A stretch of DNA of 64,000 nucleotides from Tubiluchus corallicola (lineage: Eukaryota; Animalia; Priapulida). This document shows, in pieces, positions 1 through 11,928 of this stretch. Made by a program: the position numbers and the translations under genes. The stretch spans positions 558,001-622,000 of the forward strand of contig JAQGDQ010000051.1 of the NCBI GenBank assembly GCA_030141605.1, in the 5' to 3' direction. Numbering within the stretch: position 1 is the first letter of the stretch; each line of letters begins with the position of its first letter. Under the pieces are notes generated by a model that did no database searches, was not told where the DNA came from, and saw nothing but the letters and a program-made list of their open reading frames with translations.

Positions 1-28
1 ATTTACATCTATTTTTTGGTTGTTTCAG

Positions 29-96
29 TGAGACGGACATTGAAAACTGGACTTGATGCTGAAGAAGAAAGGTTTATCAACATGCTTTCATCTTAA
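29..96 (+). CDS. Probable terminal coding exon of an unidentified upstream gene (..RRTLKTGLDAEEERFINMLSS*)
   Basis: Pyrimidine-rich acceptor ttttttggttgtttcAG ends at 28; the open frame has protein-like composition and ends at TAA 94-96; AATAAA at 475-480 lies downstream. Confidence 0.5.
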
Positions 97-732
97 TTAT
101 TTGTTTCTGGGCCATTCAGATGTTTTCGCATTTTTAGATGCATATGATAATCAACATAATTATTACAATTATTCTTATTAATAGTTACCAAACTACAGGA
201 AATGAAATTAGCTGTTCAAGTAGCATAATAGGAATATACACTATAATCTGCAACTTATTATGTCTTAACTAATGCAGCAACATGGGCCTACCTACAAGTG
301 TGATAAGTTTAACACGTGTTTATGGCAGCTATTATAATCATCTAATAATCTTGTTGTTATAAAATCAATCATGCAGTTGTAATACTGTACTATTTCATTA
401 AATTAATGTATGTGCTACTATGTGTGCCTTTCAAATTAGCCTGTTGCCCCAATTGCAGGAATACCTGTAATTGCAATAAATGATTCTTATTTTTTCCTTT
501 ATTACACAACCACATTATTTATACTGATGGTCACCGTTGTATTTACTTTGAAAAATAAATTTTTTGAACTGAGGTTTTTTCACATTAGAATAGTGTGTAT
601 TGTGCTGAAAAAAGTGCAAATATGAAGAAAGGCTAAATAAAATTGTAGTGGCATTGGTGATGCCTGCCACATGGCATGCGTCTGACAATGTATGTTGTCT
701 GACAAAAGTAAGTTTTATTAGATACTGTAACG

Positions 733-1133
733 TATTACATTGACGCTAACATCAATGTGGTGGAGACTGCATACATAGTACTAATGCACTTATTAAATAG
801 TTCTTTCATATATAATGTAATATGAAATAATATTATAATACATAATACACATTACATTGAAGTTAACATCATTGGGGTGGAGACAAAATACATAGTACTA
901 ATATACTTGTGAAATAGTTCTTTAGCATATTACATTGACGCTAACATCAACGTGGTGGAGACTGCATACATAGTACTAATGTACTTATCAAATAGTTCTT
1001 TCATATATAATGTAATATAAAATAATATTATAATACATAATACACATTACATTGACGTTAACATCATTGGGGTGGAGACAAAATACATAGTACTGATATA
1101 CTTGTGAAATAGTTCTTTCATATATAATATAAT
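733..1133. repeat. Tandem duplication, period 195 bp, each unit a dimer of related subunits (ABAB)
   Basis: tattacattgacgctaacatcaa(t/c)gtggtggagactgc starts at 733 and 928; the related subunit attacattga(a/c)gttaacatcattggggtggagac occurs within each unit. Confidence 0.9.
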
Positions 1134-1689
1134 GAACTCCTTTGAATACCAGTTAGTTTTTGCATTCAAGATAATTATCATTATTGTGACAAAGAATTTG
1201 GGGTTGTAGCGGGTAAATATAGCCATATTTAAAATAAATACATGACTGTATATTTTATATGAGCAATAATATCTTAACATAGCTACTTGGAAGCAGAAAG
1301 TCGTGCGTTCGAGTCCCAATGGAGCTACACGATTTTTCAGACATTCCAGTATAAAGGAAAGGACAATCACTTAGCATATCATGCTTATTTTACTATTATC
1401 ACTTAACAGAAAAATATAACAAAGAAATTTACATGAAAACTGTCTATAAAACTATATAATTACCATAAAATTCTATAAAAAATATAATTACCAATAAAAA
1501 AAATTGATATTCATAAGCATAGGAGCATGCAAGAGCATCGCTCTGTGAAAATAAAATTCACACATCTGTTGAAAGGAAAATGCTTTCAGTGCAAACTGAA
1601 AACAATTGTGCACAGAAATTTAAAACAAAAGTATATAGTACAATATTATATTCAAATTATAATACAAACTATGTACAATATATACGTAC

Positions 1690-2275
1690 AATTTAGAAGG
1701 GGTGCGGATAAATAAAATTTGTGGAAAATACATACCATCATTAACATATGTATGATTATGAAAACGATTTAAAGTATGTATTTTTAACTTTGATTTAAAC
1801 CCGAAAAAAGTTTGATTTGTTTTAAATTTTGTGGCAGTTCATTTCAGAGTTAAACGGCTTGTGTAGTGATGGAATTTTTGTCATGTCTATTATTACAACG
1901 TGTTTGTCTAACAGGTGTCCTTAGGCTTGGTGCAACATCCGGGAGGAGTGAAAGCTGATTTTTAATGAAAGGGGTGTGAATATTATTGATATATTTGCAT
2001 AAAAATAGGATTGTGTATATATTTGTAAAATTGGAATTTTAAACATGGATTTTAAATCTATTGCAGAAGTTTGATTTGCAATGAGAGACCTTTTATTTGA
2101 ATAACCAAAGACCAACTTTAAGGCATGATTTTGAAGACTTTCACTTATTAGCTGTCTCTTGGCACTTCATGAAAAAGCATGCGTCCGTATAAAACGTGTG
2201 TTAAAAAAAGAGTTTTACAAATTAAAAACTTTGTCTGTTTAGTTAGCTGACCTTTTACCTGCCGTAAGTAATTTC
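1690..2275 (-). mobile_element. Degenerate 3' fragment of a CR1/L2-type LINE
   Basis: Minus-strand frames give ..SLQNHALKLVFG.. and a TQAV..NELPQNLK-like segment, typical of the post-RT C-terminus; frameshifts and stops are present. Confidence 0.55.
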
Positions 2276-2280
2276 ATTGG

Positions 2281-2360
2281 TATATATATATATATATATA
2301 TATATGTATCTTTCATGGTTAGCTAAAAATTATTACACTAGCCTTTTGTGGGCCTGTCTG

Positions 2361-2395
<35 letters not shown>

Positions 2396-2481
2396 ACCGA
2401 AATTAATATAATTCATAAGATTATTAGGTGAATATATATATACCACCGAAATTAATATAATTCATAAGATTATTAGGTGAA
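2281..2481. repeat. (TA)n microsatellite cluster with an embedded ~60-bp segment and a 41-bp tandem duplication
   Basis: TA tracts at 2281-2305 and 2363-2393; taccaccgaaattaatataattcataagattattaggtgaa occurs at 2392 and 2441. Confidence 0.9.
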
Positions 2482-2599
2482 GGATAAGCGAAAATTAATG
2501 ATATTTTTATGTATTTCGTCATGTTTATAAATCGTCTATTTTACTGATACAATTTTTTTCCTTTTTTTGTGTGTATATATATTCTAACTATTGCTTGTT

Positions 2600-3135
2600 A
2601 CTACAATGGAATGACGTCAAAACAATGAAAACGTCACTGTAGCTTCTAAGCGAGAATCGCCCGAAATGGAACCGCCAATCAACTCGTCACAGCTCCTCTT
2701 AGTGGAGGCTTCCTGAAATGTGGCCCAAATCACCATGTAGCCCGTTCCTCCTCTTTCTAAAGAACCATGTATCTCCTGAGAGTCCCACCAGACGTCGCTA
2801 GAACGTTTTTCCTACAGGGTGATTGGTCAAAATTTGAAAAAAATCGGGAGTTGGGTTCGGGAAAACGCCCGCAACGGGAAACCGTGACCCTCCCCATAAT
2901 TTTAAATATGACTACAACACTCACCGTCGAACGGGCTATTTAACCATTACCAGCACGGCTCTTTCTAGAGCTCCACAAATAAAAGGTATAAGTTTTGCAA
3001 AAAAAAAACTGCCGAAAAACAGCCATTTTTGGAGGTTTTTAGTCCCCGTTCCTCCCAATAAACCCCCAATGAGATGACACTAGATCAAGACCTTTCGTTT
3101 GATATGTTTGAATGGTGCCGTCGTCGGCACCACTA
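2600..3135 (+). mobile_element. Dispersed non-autonomous repeat family A, copy 1 (strand assignment arbitrary)
   Basis: The reverse complement aligns with 5860-6208, 5125-5400 and 6440-6710 (e.g. ccaatcaactcgtc / gacgagttgattgg; ctctttctaaaga / tctttagaaagag). Confidence 0.8.
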
Positions 3136-3559
3136 TAAAACACTAGCACATTATAATATTACGTAGCACGTTGACTACTCAACTTTATTTTTTGCTCATG
3201 AAAATCTAGCAACAGCACAACGACTTTTAGAACACGACATCGCAAACATTAAAATGGCATTTACTAAAGCAGATTTCACGGTCGTTTCCCCTTTCTCAAA
3301 TGACAATATAATAAATATTTCAATGAAAGTATAAACTAATATAATAAAACAGGAAACCAGTGTGATTTTTCTAACTATCTGCATAGATAAACTTTCGTGG
3401 GATAACCGCTTTAACGATAAGATGCATTCGGAATGTTCTACTTACTGCAGATAACTAAACAGAAAAGTTAGTAATTTATAAAACTCTCATGCTACCCAAC
3501 TTTTTATACGGATGCATACTTTCACGAAGTTTCAAGAGATAGCTATAATCGTATCGGGG

Positions 3560-5495
3560 ACCCCTGGAGAAACGGGGGGTGGGGGCGAAAAGCCTCCAAA
3601 AATGGCCATTTTTCGGCCGTTTTTCGCAAAACTCTTATTTCCGGAAAACGGGAATGGGCGAGGGTGGTGCTAACTATGGACAGATAGCCTGTTCAACGGT
3701 GGGTGTAGTGGGTGCAGTAGTATCACTTCCTTATTTTGTATTTTGTGATCGTATAGTATTCAAGTGATTTGTTATCTATATAGATTGTATAATAATTTAA
3801 TCGATTCGCTTCCTATGTAATTAATTGCTACAAGGTGATTTATCACCCGGCTCCTAGGGCTTTAGATGAGTCTATCGGGCGATAATCTTGTCCCTCAAGA
3901 CTGACACTTCGACTTCGCGTTGTGAGTAAAGTCTTTGACCCTAAAGCTATCTAGCCTTGCTCCCGCAATTGAGCTTTATCTAATTAATTAATGCAATGCG
4001 AATCTGCAGGATCGTACGTCGGATTTAGTGTTGCTTAACTTCGAACACTTTAAAGCATACATGAACTCATAAGTTACGTCAAAGTGAATCAGCTTTATTT
4101 GTTTACAAATTTACTTCTATCTAGGTAGCTGCACAAGATTTGCCCTTACACGCTTGTAGGCATTCACAACTAATGTATAGCTCCAAAAAGATACTCAAGC
4201 AATTCACTTAACAATTATTCAGTATGCTGCACGTATGGTGCTTAATACAATGTGAACTACAGTTATGCAGAGTTGTTCTCAGTTACAAATGCGTTAAAAT
4301 TACTTAACTCGGTGGAATGACCACAATGCAACTCTCGTACACTTGGTCAACTCCAATGATATTGTGAGACTATTCGTCGATCCAGTGCCCAGTCGATTTG
4401 CTGAGGACGTAGAACTGTTCCACGCTGGTGTCAAACGAAGTCTCCGCTCCCTGTCAGATTCCCTGTGTCGCCTCTCTCTGGCTCCTGACTCTCTCGATGT
4501 CCGCTGACTGACTCACACCCGACTAACTCACACCTCGTGTTCCCAACTCCGAGCTTATATCTGAAGATCTTGGCCTTGCGTAATTTGCACCCAAACGCAA
4601 TCAGGTGAAAGGTGACATCCCTGGCTTAACCCTGGTATCCCCTGCCAAGAAGTTTACGATCAACCAGGTGGCTTAAGAATTCCTCCGCTGCGTGGGAAAG
4701 GTCCTACACGCTGGTCGTTCTTCAGAACGTCTTCCATTGATGCCTTCGCACAAGCTTGGCGTCGGCCATAAAATTCCTCTTCCAAAGAAACTTGCCTATT
4801 GCGACTTTCTTGTTAATTAAGTGCAACTCTGCATAAGGTTATAAAGAACGATTACATACTTTTGCATAAGGCTATAAAGCACGATAGCGTCTTCACTTAA
4901 TAGACGCCTGTTTACCTTCAGTAAACGAAAAAACACACATGTGGAATAATTTCCATCGCATTAAATCCCGTGCCTTACCAGCTGGGTGAGTTCCTATTAT
5001 CAATCAATAAATTTATCTTATCAAATCAAGGAGGTATCCGATTTATCAACTGAATCTAATTCAGTTGATAATTCCATTAATTTATCACCAAATTACCGAT
5101 TCATAAATTTATTCACGACAGTAGGTATATTTAGACTTCGCGGGAGGACCACGGCGTCCTGTAACAGGCGTTTCCCTGGATCCAACTCCCGATTTTTTTG
5201 AAATTTCTACCAAGCAGCCTGCAGAGTATTGGAAGGAGATATATATTTCTCTTTAGAAAGAGGAAGAACAGGGCTGCACTATGACGTGGGCTACATTTTA
5301 GGACATCTCCGCCGTGAGGAGCTGTGACGAGTTGATTGGAGGTTCCATTTTGGGTGATTTTCACTTGTAGAACTGATGACGCAAAGCCATTGTTGTGACG
5401 TCACTAGTGTGATGAGGTTGTGGAATGGTGTAGTGCAGCAGTGGCGCGATGTGATGTGGGTGGTGTGTTATGAGTGGGGTGGTGTGGTGTCTCGT
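3560..5495 (-). mobile_element. Family A copy 2, split by a 1.4 kb insertion (arms 3560-3720 and 5121-5495)
   Basis: gttcaacggtgggtgtagt.. (3691-3720) continues as gtatatttagacttcgcggg (5124 on), collinear with the uninterrupted copy at 5865-5905. Confidence 0.75.
3721..5120 (-). mobile_element. 1400-bp insertion, probable solo LTR
   Basis: GTAG is duplicated at 3717-3720 and 5121-5124 (CAGTAG if the TSD is 6 bp). The minus strand starts TGTCGTG and ends GTGATA; minus-strand TATAAG lies near 4555-4560 and AATAAA near 4094-4099; there is no long ORF. Confidence 0.7.
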
Positions 5496-5499
5496 ATAT

Positions 5500-5547
<48 letters not shown>

Positions 5548-5688
5548 TAGACACCACACCACACCACCCACATCACATCGCGCCACCAAAACCATGCCAC
5601 CAGCACCATGCTGCACTACACCATTCCACAACCATCACACAACCTCATCACACTAGTGACGTCACAACAATGGCTTTGCATCATCAGT
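5372..5688. repeat. Inverted repeat (arms ~125-145 bp) centred on a (CA)n(TA)n tract
   Basis: actgatgacgcaaagccattgttgtgacgtcactagtgtgatgaggttgtg pairs with cacaacctcatcacactagtgacgtcacaacaatggctttgcatcatcagt. Confidence 0.92.
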
Positions 5689-5714
5689 ATACATACATAT
5701 AATCATACATACAC

Positions 5715-6210
5715 ATAAAACCTCCAAAAATGGCACCTTTTCTCCCGTTTTTTGCAACACCGACGGGCTACAGCTCAAATGATGGCACTATTTTCGGCGA
5801 TCTATATATCAGGCAAAAGGTCTCGAGCACAGATTTTCACCTGGGTTTACGTCCATGTTTACACCGTTCAACGGAGGGTGTAATAGTCATATTTAGATTT
5901 AGCGGGAGAGCCACTAATATCCGCTAGGGCATTTTTCTGGACCCAATTCCCGATTTTTTTCGATTTTTTGGCCAAACAGCCTGTAGAAAAATCTATCTAG
6001 CGACACCTGGTGGGACTCTTAGAAGGGTAAGAAGGAGATACATAGCTCTTTAGAAAGAGGAGTATTAGGCTACAAGGTGATGTGGGTTACATTTTGGGAC
6101 GCCTCTACCAAAAAGTGCCGCGACTAGTTGATTGGAGATTCCATTTTCGGCAATTCTCGCTTGGAAACTGCTGACGTTTTGCATTATTCTAAAGTCATTC
6201 CATTGTACTC
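5715..6210 (-). mobile_element. Family A copy 3
   Basis: Inverted homology to 2600-2930. Confidence 0.75.
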
Positions 6211-6334
6211 AGTCTGTAACTTTATAACTTCAGTAAGCTGGTTTTGCGTTATAATTGAGGACTATATAGGATGTTCGCGTATTTTCGATTATAAGTGTAT
6301 TTATACGGAAAATTTTTTGCGAGGCCTTTGCTAG

Positions 6335-6372
<38 letters not shown>

Positions 6373-6374
6373 AT

Positions 6375-6780
6375 GTACAAAACCCGACCCAACCACACCA
6401 TACTACCGCACCACAACACCCACAACCCTACTCTCAGGACGGCACCATTTTCGGCAATTTATATATCAAACGAAAGGTCTCGATCCGGTCTTTTACCATT
6501 GGGGTGTATTTTTCGCATCTGGCCCACCGAAAGGAAAGGGGCGAAATACCTCCAAAAATGGCGCTTTTTTGCCCGTTTTTTGCAAAAATTTGCAAAACTT
6601 ATACCTCTTAATTCTAGAGAACGGGAACATGCCGGGGGCGGTGCTAGTAATGCTTGAATAGCCCGTTCAACGCTGGCATATTTAGGTTTCGCGTGAGGGC
6701 CACGGTTTCCCGCCACGGACAGTTTCCCGGATAAAACCACGCAAATTTTGCAGTAAACTGCACAAACAGCCTCTAGAAAA
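6375..6780 (-). mobile_element. Family A copy 4, starting directly after (TA)n at 6335-6372
   Basis: Inverted homology to 2800-3135 (atatcaaacgaaaggtct, cctccaaaaatggc, aatagcccgttcaacg). Confidence 0.75.
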
Positions 6781-8300
6781 ACTGGATTTGTGAAACTGTT
6801 TGGACATATTGGAAAAAATAAGCACAGTCGCAGAAAGAAGACCGAAACGATCTACGAGGCGCTGGAGGTTTCACTAGGAGAGATGTATACTGGACGAAAC
6901 GGGAGGGGTGTATTTCGAACTCTTTTTCTACCCCCCTGTGCTGCACGCTATGTGGAACATCCATTGACTTTGAGTTCGAGAAATTGCGAGGCTGTTCCAG
7001 GCATTGTCTTCACTCGTCGTTCCACAGTGTTATAGATTTTACATGTAAGTTAGTCTATTATCATCTGAAAAGCAATAAGCAAAAACTATGCAGAATATCC
7101 GTGCATTATTGATCGTTGATAGACAGACTAAGAGCATTTATTATAGCACACAGTTTTGACTTTGTACAACATGTTTTGAAAGAGAGAAACAGAGAAGCAG
7201 AGAAACGTGCGTTATTAATCATTGGCGGATGGGCCTAATAGCATTTATCATAGTAGCAAAGTCAATATAATGGAATAACATATCCAAAATAGGCCGAAAT
7301 TTGAGTTCCTCAAAGGGTCTAATTATGACATCAAACAAAGATTGTTGCCATTTGACCAAAATAAATGGGTATTTATAATGTTGCATCTGTTTGCCTATTA
7401 TCACCTAAGAAGACTTCTATGAAATATGTGAATCTGCTTTTCTTGAGTAATCGTTAAACCCCAAGTTTCGCTGTTGTACATAAATATGCTGGTAACGTAA
7501 GTATTAAATAATATAGCTGTTAAGACGGCTGAAAATTTTGCACAAAATGACGGAATTGCTCATTTTGCCTTAAAAGTACGAAACTTTGCGCAATGCTATC
7601 TGGTTGATTAACTTTGGATATGTAGCCAATCGAAAATTATCTGAAATGGCCACATAGCATTCAGGATGGTCGACAAGGTGGCTGTTTCCAGCTTATAAGG
7701 GCCATGGCTTTCAGGAATTGTGAGTGCAGCGAAAACTGAACTTGTTTAGTACCACCAGCACTTAGAAGTTTTTATGTTTTAGTTTTCAATAAAGTTGTTA
7801 TTTTAATTAAGATGTCAAATTTACATTAGCTGCATAAGTTTTGCAGTGTCATCGAATTACCCGGATTCCGAAAAAAACTGTTACAATTTATTTTTAATCT
7901 AGAAATGACTAGTAAACCTAAAGTTAAGTTAAGTTTAGTTATGTAAACTATGTTTAGAAAAGTAAAGTTTGTTATGAAAATTTAATCTCATTTAATTCGC
8001 AAATATGTTTTGTATGTTTCATGGTTAGCTAAAAATAATTACACTAGCCTCTTGTGGGCCTGTCTGTATTATTAATTTGCTGAGTCTGCTTCCTTACAAT
8101 CTAGTGCTTTAGCAGTATGAAGTTTGCTATTAGCCGTAGACTATTGCATAACGGGAGTTACACACGAATTCCACCTGAGTGTTTTGGCATAGTTATGATG
8201 AGCAGCTAAAAGCATAGAGTGGTGCCTGCCCGTTCTGGTCTCACTCTTGGCCAGTTAGCATACGAGCACTGTAGGACGCTATAACAGAGATTTACCTGCT

Positions 8301-8313
8301 GGTTCAATGAACT
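8301..8313. promoter_or_regulatory. Candidate ecdysone/nuclear receptor response element, IR1 GGTTCA-A-TGAACT
   Basis: Exact match to the EcRE consensus RG(G/T)TCA-N-TGA(C/A)CY; function is inferred. Confidence 0.45.
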
Positions 8314-10439
8314 TACTACTACTGGTAAAGTTTCAATGGGAGTTTCAGTTTTCTCGTAATTTGTGTGCATTAAAGTTGTACTTTAGCATGGAACTGCGTT
8401 ATAGTGCAATGAAAGTGATTGTGTTGTTTCCAATAGTATCGTTAGTGCCGGTGTGCTTTTCCCTGGATAAATTACAAAAATCAAAGATTTTGTTTATCGC
8501 AATGTGAGCCTCAGCGGCTTCATATGGTTGTGATATTCACACGCTGGAATACCAATTATTCGCAAATTTGATTTTTCTCATGCATGTACGCCTGTTAAAT
8601 TATTTGTATTTATAGGTAAGTGTAACTGTATATTATTTACAGTAGCAGAAATGTATTTTTACCAATTGTGACATGATTTAAAACTTAGTTCCGCTTCATT
8701 ATTTAGTAATTTATTTATATTAGCTCTTACTAATTTACTCGCTATTCCTTCGATAACAGTAGGAGCAATAAGACATAATTCATCCGTATAAAAATGTGCT
8801 TAATTGTAAAAGTGCCTACTCTACAAATTACATTGGTAAACGTCAAATTGGTATTTTTGGATCATTTGTAATTTGCACTTTTATATAGGCGTACATATAT
8901 ATTATTGCAATTTATAGTATGACTTGTGAATTTCTTACTAGCCTTAACTCAGAAATAGGCGGAAGGCCTTTTATGATAATGATTTTATACACGATCTATG
9001 TTTTAAAGTCGGTATGTGATGCACGTTCGTCACTTTCCTGATATTCAGTTTCTGTTCTGTACTTGAAGACCCGTATTTCAAATACATACTTCCACTGTCT
9101 TTTTGCAATTGCACTGACAAGACTATAATATTAAAGAAAAAACACTCCAATGACAAATTCTCAGTTAAACTGATTCGATAACATCAGCATGACGTAAGTC
9201 ATTAACATGGAGCAAGGCGTTCGACAGGGTATGGCACGATGATTTGTTATATAAATTGGCTGAACGAGGAATTACTGGAAAACTATTGAACTGAATAAGT
9301 AGTTATTTGACGAACCGCCGGTCGCAAGAAACAATTAATGGCAAAAAATCAAAATTCAAAAAATTAAATGCAGGTGTGCCTGTGCACCACGAGGATATAC
9401 TTTAAAAGACAAAAAACTGGTGCCAGAAGTAGGTTTCAGAAAAATCGCCTTAAAAATTTATATTACTTTACAACATTTTTATGCATATATATCGTACTTA
9501 AAAGGATTTTTTTTAATTTTGAATCTCCCGCTAATTTTGAATCTCCCGCAATACTGTTCCGACTGCGCAATTACATGACGTCACTACGCAAACGTAAATC
9601 AGGGGAAGAAAAGGAAATGTTTAATTATGTCTCCAAAAACTTTCCTTGCAAATCTATATTACTTAGCATTTCGCTTACCTGCTTGAAAGACATATAACTA
9701 GAAAATTGTTCCAATTGGTAAAATGTCGCTGACTCATCATCCTCCAGGGTGTGCCACTCGCTAACCAAAGATGTATTTTTAATCTTATTGACAAGATGCA
9801 GTAATTTAAAATTTTACTTAGTTAATAACATGTGTGCTACACATGCTTTGATTATTTTTTCAAACTTCACGCAATGTTATCTAAACTTGTTCTAAGCGAC
9901 CTATACCATTAAAGTGGCTGCGCCTAATGATCATCGCGGCAGTTTAAATTTACAAGTTTTATACAGCGTTACTGCCGACGCAAGCCCTGCATGAAAAAAG
10001 GCAGTACGTAAGTAGCATAAAATTTCAAGACGAATTTTTAAGCTTTATGTAACTAGAGGGTTTTCATGTGCTTTAAAGCCTTTGCTTTCCCTACTTATTT
10101 CATCTTCCGCCAGTGAGTGGTAGATTGTGAAGCGTATGCAGGAGATACGTTTTTACTCACTGACCGTACTGCTTGCTTTGAATAACAGTTTACCAAATCT
10201 AGTCATACAAACAAAAAACTGTCACGTGAAAGTCAACCCAAATTAGACAAATCACTTAAAATTTTAGTAGAGTTCGCAGCGAAAAAATTACAGTACGTAA
10301 TAGACAATACAGCAATAAACAAATGCAAAACGCACAGCGATCTCGTCATAGCATTGCAAAAGACGGAAAATGATCTTTTCAGTGAAAATCAGTGAAGTAC
10401 TGCTGGTGTTAAAGAAAAAAAATAATATCTTGTCGGGGC

Positions 10440-10800
10440 TTGGCTATACAAACTTGACAGAAAAACTTTTTTCAATACATATTTAATACATATTCGGACC
10501 CACATTAGAGTACGGAGATATGGGTTAGTATGGAGAGTAGAGTATGGGATAACTGTTCTGAATGGGGTAAAAATGTTGGAAAACAAGCAACTTGAAGCTA
10601 GAAGAGTAGTCATCGATGTAGTTAGGGACACTAGTCATGGAATTATATATAATAAGCGCAAGTAGGAAAGGTGCAAAGTCGCAGCAGGAACAACCGTAAA
10701 CTTACTCTGATGCAAAAGATAAAAAAACGGACTACCCCCAACTAAGCTGCAAGCGTTGTTACCTTCACCAGCATCAAAATGCACTTTGCAAATGAATTAG
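10440..10800 (+). mobile_element. Degenerate CR1/L2-type LINE fragment
   Basis: Frameshifted translation YLIHIR.TLEYGD..DNCSEW..MLENKQLEARRVV resembles the IRP.LEY...WD....LE..Q..A.R motif downstream of RT. Confidence 0.65.
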
Positions 10801-10872
10801 AGTCTTAGAACATATGCTCCAAAGATTTTTAATCGGTTCGTGATTTGGTCAGATACTGCACTTAAGACTAAA

Positions 10873-10979
10873 GCTACGACTCCATGTGCGCGTAATGCGT
10901 GATAAATATTCAGACGATAGCCATCACGTTCGAGTGAATACGTATCACGCAATACGCGCACATGAGAATGCACTGTAGC
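10873..10979. repeat. Short hairpin / miniature inverted repeat
   Basis: catgtgcgcgtaatgcgtgata (10883-10904) pairs with tatcacgcaatacgcgcacatg (10943-10964). Confidence 0.8.
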
Positions 10980-11432
10980 AAGTTAAAAATGATCTTGTTA
11001 ATATAGCACCTTCTGTTGTTGTTCACTGTTAGTTAATTTTGTCAAATATGATAGAATATTACGCAACAATGCTACACGGAGCTTTTTAAAACTTAAGAAT
11101 GATTGCAGTGCGTCTTAGATGCGTGTAGGTTTATCTCTTCAACATTTTATATATAAGCTGATTAATTAAATATAAATTTTGTGGATTATTTAGAGACTGT
11201 CTACTCCGAATGCCCCGTGCCAAAAGTCATAAGGATAATATTTTGAGAGATGCAAATGTCACCTATGCACGAACCTTTTTACCAAGCTTACCAAACCTTT
11301 AGGACCCGACTCTTTCATTAAGCTATCACCAGCTCCCAATCAATGTGTCAGATCGTTAAAAGTTCTAAACATTGCACGTAAAAGTTAATAGTTGATCGAC
11401 TAGAATGGGGGAGTTAGAGAGTTAGAGGAGTG

Positions 11433-11434
11433 GG

Positions 11435-11467
<33 letters not shown>

Positions 11468-11512
11468 AGAGGGAGAGAGAGAGAGACGAGAGAAACGAGA
11501 GAAGAGAGAGAA
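11433..11512. repeat. (GA)n microsatellite
   Basis: Direct observation. Confidence 0.95.
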
Positions 11513-11928
11513 TGAAAGAAACAGAGAAAAGTTACACCAAGACTAATGATTCTGCAAGTATAGCGGAGCTGTGATCCGAAACTCAGCCTGGTCGGGTTTT
11601 GCTATGGTTCGTACAATTATGCCAGATAAACTTACAAGAAATCGAAGCCTTTGGGAGCGTATTACAGAAAACGAAAAGTAAAAAAGCAAAATAATTTGCT
11701 AATGAAGTATTTGCAAGAAAAACAGAGTTATGGTTGTGATGATGATGAAACTAGTGAAGTGGTTGCAGGTGAAACAGAGGATCACAATTTTCAGTTGTAA
11801 AGGTTGAAGGAAAATTTACCCAAAAGCATTTGCAAAGTTAGATCGCTCACACTAGAGCGATTCTAATTGATTAGATTAATTTGGTTTATTTTGCTTAATT
11901 TTGAGCCAGAAATTTCGTGAATAATTAA

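Noticed and set aside
5376-5702. Overlapping ORFs with YIYIYI and His-rich runs
   Set aside because: They are translations of the TA microsatellite and palindrome.
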